DNA of 64,000 nucleotides from an uncultured Candidatus Rokubacteria bacterium (GTDB lineage Bacteria; Methylomirabilota; Methylomirabilia; Rokubacteriales; CSP1-6): assembly GCA_963758635.1 (NCBI GenBank), contig CAVWWD010000003.1, forward strand, positions 576,001 through 640,000, given 5' to 3'. A model generated the notes under the pieces. That model ran no database searches. It had not been told where the DNA came from and saw nothing but the letters and a program-made list of their open reading frames with translations. The position numbers and the translations under genes are program-made. Shown in pieces: positions 1 to 9,825 of the stretch (positions within the stretch are counted from its first letter, which is position 1; each line of letters opens with the position of its first letter).

Positions 1-105
1 GCCCGCGTCGTCCACGACGGCGATGGCCACCTGGAACCCGAGCTCACGCGCCTTGGCCAGACCCGCGTCGATACACCGCACCGCCCGATCGAGCGTCAGC
101 GCCAT
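1..105 (-). CDS. GlcG/HbpS (DUF336) heme-binding family protein, N-terminal part (runs off window)
   Basis: Manual translation MALTLDRAVRCIDAGLAKARELGFQVAIAVVDDAG matches the typical GlcG N-terminus (LTL..A......A.....G..V.IAVVD.GG); not in ORF track. Confidence 0.8.
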   Translation of the reverse strand, partial: MALTLDRAVRCIDAGLAKARELGFQVAIAVVDDAG

Positions 106-127
106 GGGTCAGGTCTCAGGGTTGATG

Positions 128-166
128 TGCGAGCCGAGCCACAACGGCGAGGCGAGCGTACATGGA
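128..166 (+). repeat. Tandem-G.A hairpin element (family A), intergenic
   Basis: TGC-GA-GCC-GA-GCC-ACAAC-GGC-GA-GGC-GA-GCG-TACATGGA; same architecture as the two copies at 25233-25401 (- strand). Confidence 0.65.
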
Positions 167-197
167 GTGACGGTCGCCAGCGTCCGCTCGCCATCGG

Positions 198-506
198 TCA
201 GGGCAGGTCGACGAGGACGCTGTCGCCCTCGATGCGGACGGGATAGCTCGGCACGGCTTCGCCGCGCGCCGGGAACAGGCACTGGCCGGTCCGCACGTCG
301 TAGAGCCAGCCGTGGAGCGGGCATGCGAGCTTGGTTCCCGAGAGCTTCCCCTGGGAGAGCGAGCCGCCGCGGTGGGAGCACACGTCGCCGCAGGCATGGA
401 TGGCGTCGCCGACGCGGACCAGGACGACGCGGACGCCGCCCACCTCGGCCAGCCGCGGCTGGCCAGGCGCGACGTCCGCGAGCGCGGCGGCCCGGTGCTC
501 GGGCAC
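198..506 (-). CDS. Rieske [2Fe-2S] ferredoxin (oxygenase ferredoxin subunit type)
   Basis: CSH...CPLHGW Rieske motifs, 102 aa. Confidence 0.92.
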   Translation of the reverse strand: MPEHRAAALADVAPGQPRLAEVGGVRVVLVRVGDAIHACGDVCSHRGGSLSQGKLSGTKLACPLHGWLYDVRTGQCLFPARGEAVPSYPVRIEGDSVLVDLP

Positions 507-522
507 GGGGGCGAAGGCCCGG

Positions 523-1206
523 CTAGACCTCTTCCTTGAGGACGTAGGCGCGGTGCAGGCCGGTCATGTACTGCCAGCGCATCTCGGTGGCCTGGCGCAC
601 CGCCTCGATCGCCTCGGCCTGGCGCTCGGGCGTCCCGCTGTGCCGCTCCACGATCTGGTAGCCGCGCTCACCGTGGATCTCGTCGGCCTCGATGTGGATC
701 GCGAAGAACTCCACCTCGTGGTCGGTGAAGCCGTAGTGCGTCTTGAGCGGGGGCAGGTTGCGCTTGTAGATGCCGGGCACCTGCGACTCGAGGCCCACGA
801 GCAGGCCGGCGGCGGCCACGTGGAAGGGCTGCCGCGACATCTCGTAGCACCAGGCGGTGAGCCCGCGCGTGGTGGGGAGCTGCCGAGCGGTCTCCACCTC
901 GTGACGGCTCACCCCGCACGCCTCGGCGAAGCGGATGAGCAGGTCCACGTGCTTGGTGCCCGACTCCTCCTCGATGATGTTCTCCAGCAGGAAGTCCCGG
1001 GCGTCCGGGTCCGGGCACGACCCGTACACGGTGGCGCACCAGCGCGCGAACTGCGAGACGTACTGGTAGTGCTGGCGCGCCCACGCGCCGAGCTGCGAGC
1101 GGGTCAGGTCGCCGTTCACCCACTTCTCGGTGAACGGGTTCATCCGGCTGTGGCGCGCGTTGACCGCGTCCTGGAGCTGGGTGCGGAACGGGCTCATCTG
1201 CGTCAT
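523..1206 (-). CDS. Heme-oxygenase-like diiron (HDO) enzyme, CADD/PqqC/TenA superfamily
   Basis: ATG at 1206 preceded by GAGGAG RBS; ENIIEEE..H, GLESQ and FFAIHIEADEIH give the E/H/E/H/D/H diiron ligand set seen in CADD. Confidence 0.85.
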   Translation of the reverse strand: MTQMSPFRTQLQDAVNARHSRMNPFTEKWVNGDLTRSQLGAWARQHYQYVSQFARWCATVYGSCPDPDARDFLLENIIEEESGTKHVDLLIRFAEACGVSRHEVETARQLPTTRGLTAWCYEMSRQPFHVAAAGLLVGLESQVPGIYKRNLPPLKTHYGFTDHEVEFFAIHIEADEIHGERGYQIVERHSGTPERQAEAIEAVRQATEMRWQYMTGLHRAYVLKEEV

Positions 1207-1316
1207 TCGGCGGTCTCCTCGTGCGGCCCCGCGGCGGGCCGGGTCGGTATCCTCGTGCGCCTCAGCGGGCCCGGTCGCTTTCCACGCGCACCGTCGGCGT
1301 GTCTCCGCGTGTCCGT

Positions 1317-2159
1317 TCAGCCCGCGATCTCGCTCCAGACCACCATGCCGGTGCCCGTGCGCCAGGCCACGGCGGGCATGTAGGCCAGCACGTCCGCCGC
1401 CCCGGTGGTGAACGCGAGGGTGAGGATCCAGGACAGCAGCTCGGCGGTGCCGCCCGAGCCCGCGGCCTCCATGCGCTCGAGCGTGCATTCGCGCAGGAGT
1501 GCCGCGTGGTCGCCGGCCTTCAGGAGGTCGAGGAACCAGCGGTCGAACTCCTCGTCCACCCAGAAGTAGCGCGGGCCGCCCGGCTCGTGGGAGAGGCCGC
1601 CGGTGCCGATCACGGCCACGCGCTCCTGGCCGGGGTAGGCGCGCACGATGTCGGCGATGGCCGTGCCCACCTGGTAGGCGCGCTCGGGTGTGGGGATGGG
1701 CGGCACCGTGCAGTTCATCGACACGGGGACCAGCGGGATCCGCATCTCCGGGTTCAGGTAGTGCAGCGGCACCGAGAAGCCGTCGTCGAACTCCATCTTC
1801 CGGAGGTACGCGAAGGCGATGCGCCGGCGCGCGCCCTCGCTCACCAGGTGCCGGGCCAGCGCGGCATGACCGGGCACGCGGTACTTGGGCAGCGCGAGCC
1901 ACTCGTCGTACCAGTCGGCGGGGCCCACGTGCTCATCCGCGATGCCCACCGTGAACTCCGGCGTGTTGTTGATGGGCCAGTTCAGCAGGTGATCGTTGCT
2001 GAACATCAGGAGCACGTCCGGGCGCGCGGCCTCGAGCCGGTCGCGCATCTCGCCCAGCGCGTTCTTGGCGAGGCGCTGGTGCTCGTCCGGCGCGGCGGTG
2101 AACCACCCGGTGAGCCCGGGGGAGTGGGTCAGGGCCATCGCGGCGACGATCTCGGCCAT
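1317..2159 (-). CDS. Class III extradiol ring-cleavage dioxygenase, LigB/MhpB-like catalytic subunit
   Basis: THSP, SNDH, GTGGLSHEPGG, N-equivalent EEFDRWFLD, AEL motifs. Confidence 0.88.
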   Translation of the reverse strand: MAEIVAAMALTHSPGLTGWFTAAPDEHQRLAKNALGEMRDRLEAARPDVLLMFSNDHLLNWPINNTPEFTVGIADEHVGPADWYDEWLALPKYRVPGHAALARHLVSEGARRRIAFAYLRKMEFDDGFSVPLHYLNPEMRIPLVPVSMNCTVPPIPTPERAYQVGTAIADIVRAYPGQERVAVIGTGGLSHEPGGPRYFWVDEEFDRWFLDLLKAGDHAALLRECTLERMEAAGSGGTAELLSWILTLAFTTGAADVLAYMPAVAWRTGTGMVVWSEIAG

Positions 2160-2162
2160 GGC

Positions 2163-2507
2163 TCAGCTCCGCGAGTCGGCCTGCGCCTGGGCGGCCAGGG
2201 CTCGCGCGGACTCCTCCGGGTAGGCGCGGCGGTACGCGTCCAGCACCGGATGCGCGTTCGAGTTCGCGGCGGCGCCGTGGAACAGGCGCAGGATCTGCGG
2301 CACGTAGTACTGGTGCACGCCCATCTCGTGGAGCCGGCGCACGTCCTTGTCGCGGAGCGCCTCGTACTCTGCGGCGGAGAGGCCAAACTCGCGCGCCAGG
2401 CCTTCCAGGTCGGTGAGCCAGCGCTCGCGGAGCGCGCGGTCGCGTCGCACGTAGAAGATCATCTCGTTCAGCGGCAGCGTCTTGTCGCAGCGGTCCACGC
2501 TACCCAT
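2163..2507 (-). CDS. LigA-like small subunit of extradiol dioxygenase
   Basis: RERW..D.E...EFGLS..EY.AL...D...L..MGVH pattern; adjacent to the LigB-like gene. Confidence 0.75.
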   Translation of the reverse strand: MGSVDRCDKTLPLNEMIFYVRRDRALRERWLTDLEGLAREFGLSAAEYEALRDKDVRRLHEMGVHQYYVPQILRLFHGAAANSNAHPVLDAYRRAYPEESARALAAQAQADSRS

Positions 2508-2892
2508 CGGCGCTACCTCGCCGCTGCTCCGCCTTGAGCACCTTCGGGTTCAGCTTGAGGAACATGATCACGCAACGCTCCGGCCCCAGGTTCCGCACGT
2601 CGTGGAGCACGGCGTTGGGGAACTGGACGATGGAGCCCGCCCGCACGACGACCTCCTGGCCGTCGATCTGCATGTGGGCGGTCCCCTCCAGCACGTAGAT
2701 CGCCTCCTCCTCACGCGGGTGCTGGTGCATCACCGTGGACTGGCCCGGCTCGTAGCAGGCGATCTCCGACCAGAGCTGGTCGGTCTTGAAGAGCATCTTG
2801 CGCACGCGCTTGTCCGGCGCGAACGCCTTGAGGGCGTGGAGGTCGAACACCTGAGCGACCCCGGTCGTGGTCGCCACCGCGGTCTCGTCCAT
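2500..2892 (-). CDS. Cupin domain protein
   Basis: ATG 2892 with AAGGAG RBS; HQHPREEEAIYVLEG ... FPNAVLH cupin metal motifs. Confidence 0.85.
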   Translation of the reverse strand: MDETAVATTTGVAQVFDLHALKAFAPDKRVRKMLFKTDQLWSEIACYEPGQSTVMHQHPREEEAIYVLEGTAHMQIDGQEVVVRAGSIVQFPNAVLHDVRNLGPERCVIMFLKLNPKVLKAEQRRGSADG

Positions 2893-2996
2893 GCGGGGTT
2901 CTCCTTGGTGGTGGGCGCAGTATACCCGATCAGTCCGCGGGCCGGATCGGCGAGGACGGAGGCGGCACGGCTTGCGGCGGGGGGGGCCGTTGGCGC

Positions 2997-3416
2997 TCAG
3001 CCCGGGAGCCGCAGCTCGCGGCCGGCCTGGATCTGAGCCGCGTCGAGGCTCACGAATCGCGCCAGCGGCTCCCGCTCGTGGAACCACAGCGCGGTCCTGA
3101 GATGGGCCAGGTCCAGGGAGCGAGGCGTGGAGACGATCGGCATCGCCTGGGATCGGCATAGATCGAGCGTCAAGTCCCGCAGCGTGAACTGCGCCAGATC
3201 GGCGGCCAGCCGGTCCAGCGCCTCCTGCAGATGCTCGGGCGAGAGCCGACCTGCGCGCGAGAGATGCACGAGGGTGCGCTCGGCTTCCAGAGCGAGCAGT
3301 GAACTGGACAGGAGGCGCCCTCCGGCCAGTTCCTTGACGAGGCGTTCCCATCCGGCCTCGCCGAGCAACACGCACAGGTACGCTGACGTGTCGACGTAGT
3401 AGCGCCGGGCGGGCAC
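2997..3416 (-). CDS. vapC: PIN-domain toxin (VapC family)
   Basis: YVDTSA N-terminal motif, RSLDLAHL and SLD..Q C-terminal motifs; directly downstream of antitoxin. Confidence 0.85.
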   Translation of the reverse strand: MPARRYYVDTSAYLCVLLGEAGWERLVKELAGGRLLSSSLLALEAERTLVHLSRAGRLSPEHLQEALDRLAADLAQFTLRDLTLDLCRSQAMPIVSTPRSLDLAHLRTALWFHEREPLARFVSLDAAQIQAGRELRLPG

Positions 3417-3423
3417 GGCCCGC

Positions 3424-3681
3424 CTATTTCGGGCGACGGTCGTCGGCACGACGATCGTCGGCCAGGACCTGGAGGTACGCGCCCCGTGTCGGGGCCTTCA
3501 ACAAGGGGCGTAGCGCCGCCCGCCCGGCGCGCACGCCGACGTGTACGTGCTCCAGATCGACCCGTGTCAGGGACGCCACGGGGCGCTGGTGCCGCGTGAT
3601 CACGACGCGCTCTCCGGCTGCGGCCTCGTCGACGAGCGAGGACAGGTTGCGCTTCAGTTGGTCAATCGATACCGTTTTCAT
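3424..3681 (-). CDS. Phd/YefM family antitoxin
   Basis: MKTVSI..LK..LS.LVD....GE.VVITR...PVA.L signature. Confidence 0.88.
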   Translation of the reverse strand: MKTVSIDQLKRNLSSLVDEAAAGERVVITRHQRPVASLTRVDLEHVHVGVRAGRAALRPLLKAPTRGAYLQVLADDRRADDRRPK

Positions 3682-3781
3682 CTTCTAACCGTACCACTGT
3701 CGGATCCATTTGGGGATGGGTTCGGCACGGTCACGGCCGGTCCCGGCGGGCGCTCGATCGCACAGGTGCGCGCCGCCGGGC

Positions 3782-5572
3782 TCAGGGGCGGAGGGGGACG
3801 AGCAGGAGGCGGTTGTCCTTCACGCCCATCGCGAAGGGAGCGCGGCCGGGCATCGCCTGCATGATGGCCTGGTTCCGCTCGGGGCCGAGATCCTTCACGA
3901 AGAGGACCGGGTCGGAGAGGTCGGGGGACGGGTTGCGGTGGAAGTACACCCAGGCGCCGGGCCGCCACGTGAGCGACGGGAGGCCGTGGACGAAGACCAC
4001 GGCGCGGTCCAGCCGGCGCTCGGCCACGAGATCGTAGGGCAGGCGAGCGAGGGCCGACATGGCGCGGAGGGAGCCGCCGTAGACGGGCAGGAACGCGACG
4101 CACGCGCAGATCACCGCGGCGGCGACGGCGCCGAGGACCAGGCGCTCGGCGCCGAAGGCTCGCGCGCGTTCCACCAGCCGGTCGAGGCCGCTGGCCGAGA
4201 GCATGACGAGGAAGGCGGCGAGCTCGGAGTAGTGCGCGGGCCCGGTGGCGTTGATCGTGGGCAGCGTGCTCGCCGCGTACGCGACCACCACGGCCGCGGT
4301 GGAGAGGAAGATGAGCACATCCGCCGCGGACCGCCGGAAGAACGGCAGCAGCGCCAGCGAGAGCGGCCAGCCGAACACCCAGAAGTTGAAGCGCTCGACG
4401 GTGTAGCCGAGCTCGTACACGCTGGGGAGCGGCGCCGCCGCCTTGACCGCGCCGATGTCCACCGGGAAGCGATACAGCGCGCTGTAGGTGTGATAGCCCG
4501 TGGTGAGCGGATGACCGGCGAGCGCGACGTTGTAGACGCAGAGCACGCCGAAGGCGATCAGGCCGCCCGTGGTCAGGAGCGCGGTGCCGAGAACGCGGGC
4601 GCGCGTCGGGTCGTGTCGCAGCCGGAGCAGGACCCAGACGCCCCACGGAACGACGAACGCCGCCGCGGCGAGCGGCCGCGTCAGCCCGGCACATCCCACG
4701 GCCAGCCCGGCGATGAGCCACCAGGCCGGCGACGCGCCGTCGTCCTGCGCGCGGAGCAGCGCGTCCACGAAGATCATCAGGAAGAGCGCGGACGTCGAGT
4801 GCGCGAGGAGCGTCGCCGAGGACATCACGAAGTAGGGGGAGACGACGAGGCCGGCCAGCGTGAGGATGGCCACGCGCGGCCCGAAGACACGACGCGCCAC
4901 CGCGAACGCGAGCGCGGCGGTGGCGAGGGCCGAGAGCATGGGGACCCAGCGCACGAGACCCAGGAGCTCACCGGCGGCGAGCAGGAAGCCGTGGCCGGGG
5001 AAGAACATCCCGTACCACTTCCCGTTGTTCACGATGAACTGGTTGTCGAAGAACGCGCGGATCGGCTCGGGCGGCGACGGCGCCCAGAGCCCGCCCGCCG
5101 CGAACACACGCGCCATGAAGGCGTAGACGTGCTCGTCGTCCGTGATCGCCGTGTCGCGCAGCAGGAAGAGCCTGGTCGTGGTGATCAGGACGGCCAGCGC
5201 GGCGAGCGCGACCAGGACCACGGCGCGGACACACGTGGGCGCGAGACGGCCGAGCCCGTCGACGGCGGCGGCGAGGCGCGGGCCGCCACCGAGCGCGATG
5301 GCGGCTCCGCCGAGCGCGATCGCGATCGTGCCGAAGACGAGGTAGTTGACGAGGAACGCGAGCTCGAACGGACCCCAGCCGAAGCGGCCGTAGTGAACCT
5401 CGTAGCCGGCGTACGGGATCCCGCCCGCGTAGAGGGCGCCCAGGGAGAGCGCGGCGCCCGCGGCGAGCGTGAACGCGCGCAGCGCGACCGGCCGTGCCTT
5501 GCCGGCGGCCAGCGCGGTCATGCCGCGTGCGTCGAGCTCGGCGGCTTCCGTCGAGGCGTCCAGGTCGGCCAT
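3782..5572 (-). CDS. Polytopic membrane GT-C glycosyltransferase (ArnT/PMT-like)
   Basis: Many TM segments, DDEHVY acidic motif in first loop, TRP motif. Confidence 0.7.
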   Translation of the reverse strand: MADLDASTEAAELDARGMTALAAGKARPVALRAFTLAAGAALSLGALYAGGIPYAGYEVHYGRFGWGPFELAFLVNYLVFGTIAIALGGAAIALGGGPRLAAAVDGLGRLAPTCVRAVVLVALAALAVLITTTRLFLLRDTAITDDEHVYAFMARVFAAGGLWAPSPPEPIRAFFDNQFIVNNGKWYGMFFPGHGFLLAAGELLGLVRWVPMLSALATAALAFAVARRVFGPRVAILTLAGLVVSPYFVMSSATLLAHSTSALFLMIFVDALLRAQDDGASPAWWLIAGLAVGCAGLTRPLAAAAFVVPWGVWVLLRLRHDPTRARVLGTALLTTGGLIAFGVLCVYNVALAGHPLTTGYHTYSALYRFPVDIGAVKAAAPLPSVYELGYTVERFNFWVFGWPLSLALLPFFRRSAADVLIFLSTAAVVVAYAASTLPTINATGPAHYSELAAFLVMLSASGLDRLVERARAFGAERLVLGAVAAAVICACVAFLPVYGGSLRAMSALARLPYDLVAERRLDRAVVFVHGLPSLTWRPGAWVYFHRNPSPDLSDPVLFVKDLGPERNQAIMQAMPGRAPFAMGVKDNRLLLVPLRP

Positions 5573-5599
5573 CTGAGGCGGTTGCGACGGGAGGGTCCG

Positions 5600-5695
5600 A
5601 GCCGGTTCGACGAGGGTCTGGGCGCCGCGTTGTACCGGGTGGGCGTTCCCTGGTGGAAGAGCATCTGCCAGCCACTCTCGGTCAGGGCGGCCGAA
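5600..5695 (-). pseudogene. Short remnant resembling the C-terminus of a DUF4440/SnoaL-like protein
   Basis: Manual translation LTESGWQMLFHQGTP resembles the conserved W.M.FHQGT end of DUF4440; no start or N-terminus. Confidence 0.4.
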
Positions 5696-8600
5696 TCACT
5701 GCTGTCGATTCTCGTGTGCGACCGCCTGGGCGATGGCGCCCAGACGTGCGCGAATGCGGCTGCCGAGCCGCTCGAACGGCAGCTCGTCGAAGATCTCGCG
5801 GATCAGCTCCTCGTCGGTTCGCAACAGGCCGTCCGAGACGATCCACTCGGCAAGCTGACGCAGATCGTGGTCGCTGTAGTGATCGATCGACTCGCGCTCA
5901 GGAGCGCTCGGCCTCGGTCCTCGTGGCCGCGCGACGGGGTGCGACGGCGGCGCGGTGGCGGGCGGGCGCAGCCACCGCCGCGCGGTCGGGGACGTCGGCG
6001 TCCATCCGGTCGGCCAGGTGAACGGCTTCCTGGTAGGCGGCGAGGGCACGCTCAGTCTCCTGCTCACGGCCGTAGAACCAATCCGTGGACCAGATGCGGA
6101 GGAAGCGCCAGCCGAGTCGCTGCAGGTGGGCCTGCCGAAGCCGATCGCGGTCGCGCGCCGTGGCGCTGGAGTGATACGACGCGCCGTCGCATTCGATCGC
6201 GAGGACCGGCCGGCCCGGCCTCGCCGGGTGCATGGCCACCAGGTCGATACGGTAGCGGGACGCGCCGAACTGCGGCCGTGTCCTGATGCCGCGACCCTCC
6301 AGCGCATCGCGAATGTCGGCCTCGAACGGGTTGAGAGGGACCTCCCCGGCGCGCTCCGCGTCGGGAAGGCGCCGGCCCCCGCTCGCCGCGTACTCCAGGT
6401 AGGCCTTGAGGAGCTGCACGCCACGGCTCCCTGAGCGCTCGAGGTCGATCTCGTCATGTGAGAACGAGCTGATGACGGACATCCGGCGCCTCGCCCGGGT
6501 GACGGCCACGTTCAGGCGGCGGTACCCAACGTCCTGGGTGAGGGGGCCGAAACGGTGCGGCAGGTCCCCATTCGCCGACTTGCCGTAGCCGATCGAGAGG
6601 ATGATGGCGTCGCGCTCGTCGCCCTGAACGCGTCTCGAGGTTCTTGACGAAGAAGCGCTCCTCGCGCTCGAGCGAAGAGAACTCTGCGAGGTCGGGATGG
6701 AGGTCCACGACGCGGTCCAGCGCGGCCTGGACGCGGTTTGCGTGCTTGATGCCCATGGTGATGACGCCCAGCGATTCGTCCGGTCGCGTCTCGACGTGCC
6801 GCAGCACCTGGCGGACGACCTCGTCGACCTCGCGCGACGCGCTCTCTTCCTGCCCGCCCACCGAGGCATCGTGCGGCACCAGGACGTGGCGGAGTGCCTC
6901 GTGACCGCGCGCGCTCGGGAAGGTGACGAGGCGCCCATCGTAAACGTGGCTGTTGCTGAAGGTGATGAGCCGCTCGTCCTCGCTGCGGTAGTGCCACTCG
7001 AGGAGCCAGTTCGGGAGGAACGCGCCCAGCGTGTCGAGCAGGCTCTCGAACCCGCCGATCGCCGCCGTGGCCGCGCGAGGGCGTCCTGACCGCCTTCGCC
7101 GCCGGAGATCTCATCCTCGCCTTCGACCGCGGTCGCGAAGAACGTGGTCGGAGGCAGCTGGTGCCGGTCGCCGGCGACGACGACCTGCTCGGCGCGGTAG
7201 AGCGCGGGGATCGCTTCCTCCTGGAGGATCTGGCTCGCCTCGTCGAAGATCACAACGTCGAAGTGGCGCCTGCCACCGTCCAGCAGCTGACTGACCGAGA
7301 GAGGGCTCGCGACCCAGCAGGGCGCGAGCCTCGTGAGGACGTGGGTGCCGGGCCAGGAGCTCGCGTAGCGGGATGTGCCGCGAACGCTTGGCCGCCTCCC
7401 GTCGGACGAGGTCTGCCTGATCGAAGTGCTCGTTCATCGCCGCGACGGCCCGCTCGGCGTGGAGGCGGCGCACGCGCTGAGCGTTCAGGCGGATGCGCTC
7501 CCGGTCGAGGCGGACGAACGCATCGACGATCTGCTCGTGCGTCCGGCCGTTGAAAGAGGCGAGCGCCAGGATCCGACGCGAGCGCCTCGTCCAGGGTGGA
7601 GTGCAGCCAGACGTGCTCGAACCTGTGGGCCCAGTGCTCCGGAGCCACGCCGCTCTCGCGGAGATCGTCGAGGAACCGGGCCAGGCCGGCGGCGACGAGT
7701 CGCGCCCGCGTGCCGTGGACGGCCGGCAGGAGGTACGGCGTCCGCTGGTCGGCGGCCAGCGCCCGCAGCCGCGATGCTAGCGCCCCGAGTGGCATGCTCG
7801 TGAGCGGGCTCCCGTCGGTCAGCGCGCCGAGGGAGGACGTCGCCTTCGCGACCTCCTCGAACACCGTCGCGAGCTCCTTCTCCGAGGGCGCTTCCGCGGG
7901 CGCGGCCGAGGTGGGGCCAAGGGCGTGCCAACGGCGAAGGATGTCCTCGGCCTCCAGCGCCTCCTGCCGCAGCGTTGCCGACGGCGCCGGCGCGGCCCGC
8001 AGCGCGAGCAGGCGCTTGCGGGAGGCCCGGTAGTCTTCTTTGCCAGGAACGCCCAGGCGCGGTGTGCCCGACCACCGGTGGCTGGCGCCAACGCCCGTGC
8101 GAGCTCGGCGGGCTGTGCCCGAACAGCTCGGCGGCATAACGCGCACGGAGCTGACGGACGTCGTGCAGCACGGACAGGAGGGCCGCCACGTCGTCGAGGC
8201 TTCCGGGACCCGGACGCCGAGCTGCTGCACGACCTGGCCGAGCATCCGCTCGAAGGAGGGCCAGAGCTCGGAGGCCTTGGCCGCCAGGTCCAGCGCCTCT
8301 TGTGCTTGGCGACCGTCCACGATCCCGGCGTTGTTCCAGGGAGACGGGTCGGTGCCCAGGAGCAAGCCTCGGATTGGCGGTGCCGTCCACGATCGATCGC
8401 TTGATCTCGTCCGCGCGGCTCGGCGGTCAGGGCGGCGAGCGCGTCACCTCGGAAGCGAAGCGCCGACCGCGCCACAACCGGCAGGCGCAGGAGCATGCCC
8501 ATCATCCGGTTGACGGAGAGATCCGAGGGCGGGCGAGGGGCATTCACGCGACGGGCGTGCTCGTTGAGCTGACGGCGCCGAGCCTCGAACTCTCGCTGCA

Positions 8601-9811
8601 CGACGTTTGCGCCGTCGGCCGGCGCCGCGTGACGTATGTGGTCCAGGGCTTCGGCGAGCCGGGCCATCACGTTTCCTGGACACGGAGGCGCCGTGCAGGT
8701 CGAGCACCAGGTGGTTGAGCCGAACGTTCTCATGGCTCAATCGCTTGATCACCGCCTCGAGCGCGGCTCGCTTCTCGGCCACGAAGAGCACTCGGCGGCC
8801 CTCGGCCACGCTCTGTGCCATGAGGTTGGCGATCGTCGGCTCTTGCCGTGCCCGGCGGGCCTTGCATGACGCCGTTCTGCCCGGCACCAGCCTGCACGAT
8901 GGCACGGTGCTGCGTGGAGTCCGCGTCGAGCACCAGATAGTCATCGGACGCCGGCAACTCGTCGAGCGCGGCAGGCTCGAGGTCGGCCACCGCCTGCGCC
9001 AGGTGCCGGCGTGACGCCGGATGTCCGGCCACCGCGGCCACGATCGCGCTCGCCGCGATGGTGTCGGCGTTCCGCTTCAGGTCCTCGACCATGGCCATCT
9101 TCGCGAACTGGAAGTTGGCCAGGATGGCGCGCCGGTTCACCGCGAATCCCGGAACCGCGGCCGCCGCCCGGGCGATGTGGGCGCGACGCCCTCGGGATCA
9201 ATCCGCCACTCTCCCGAATCATCCTCGCCCCCGCACTCGCTCAGCACGGCGTTCACATCGAGGCGGATCCCGTGGGTTTCCTCGATCACGTACAGGAGCA
9301 CGGGGTTGATCTGCGGCTCGCCCGTGAGCAGGAGCCGTAGCTCGTCGCCCGTCCGGCCGCGCGCCTCGATGCGGGCCGGGAGCAACAGGATCGGCGCCTC
9401 GTACGGCCGCCCGCCGTCGGCCGCCGGCCACGTGGCCATGCCCAGCGCCAGGTACAGCGTCTCGAGACCCTTCTCCTCGAGGTTGCTCAGGGCCTTGCGC
9501 TGCAGGGCCACGAGCGCGCCGCGGACCTTCTGGCGTGCGGCGGTCTCGGCTTGAGCGACAGTCACCTCGGAGGTCTCGGGGGACCGGGCCGCCGGCGCCA
9601 GCAGTTCGGGCGTGAGCGCATCGCCCGCCAACAAACGGTCCACCGCCTCGGTCTCGGTGCTCAGATCGAGGGTGCCGACCTTGAGGTCGCGATAGAAGAG
9701 GAGGGAATTGGTCCGTGAGTAGTCGATGAGCCGACGGGTCCACACCGCACGCGCGGCATCGACGATGTGTCGAATCTCCGGGTTCAGCTCTTCGGCGTGA
9801 GGTTCAGGCAT
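5696..9811 (-). pseudogene. DUF4011 - SF1 (Dna2/UPF1-like) helicase - Vsr-like nuclease, Hhe-like antiphage protein; about 10-12 frameshifts
   Basis: Segments in successive frames: WTRRLIDYSRTNSLL (DUF4011), QGPPGT(GKS)/TIANL, VLFVAEKRAAL, PCWVASPLSVSQ, VIFDEASQ, VVAGD..QLPPT, WHYRS.DE.LI.FSN, KNLE.VQGDERD, RRLNVAVTRAR, IECDGASYHS...RDRDRLRQ..L..LGW....IWSTDW. Confidence 0.85.
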
Positions 9812-9825
9812 CGAACCGGGCCTTA

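Noticed and set aside
523..1206. pqqC / PQQ biosynthesis
   Set aside because: No pqqA/B/D/E nearby; the diiron ligand pattern is CADD-like rather than cofactor-free PqqC
1211..1259. 15-bp direct repeat upstream of the HDO gene as a regulatory site
   Set aside because: Only two copies, one being the RBS itself; probably a small local duplication
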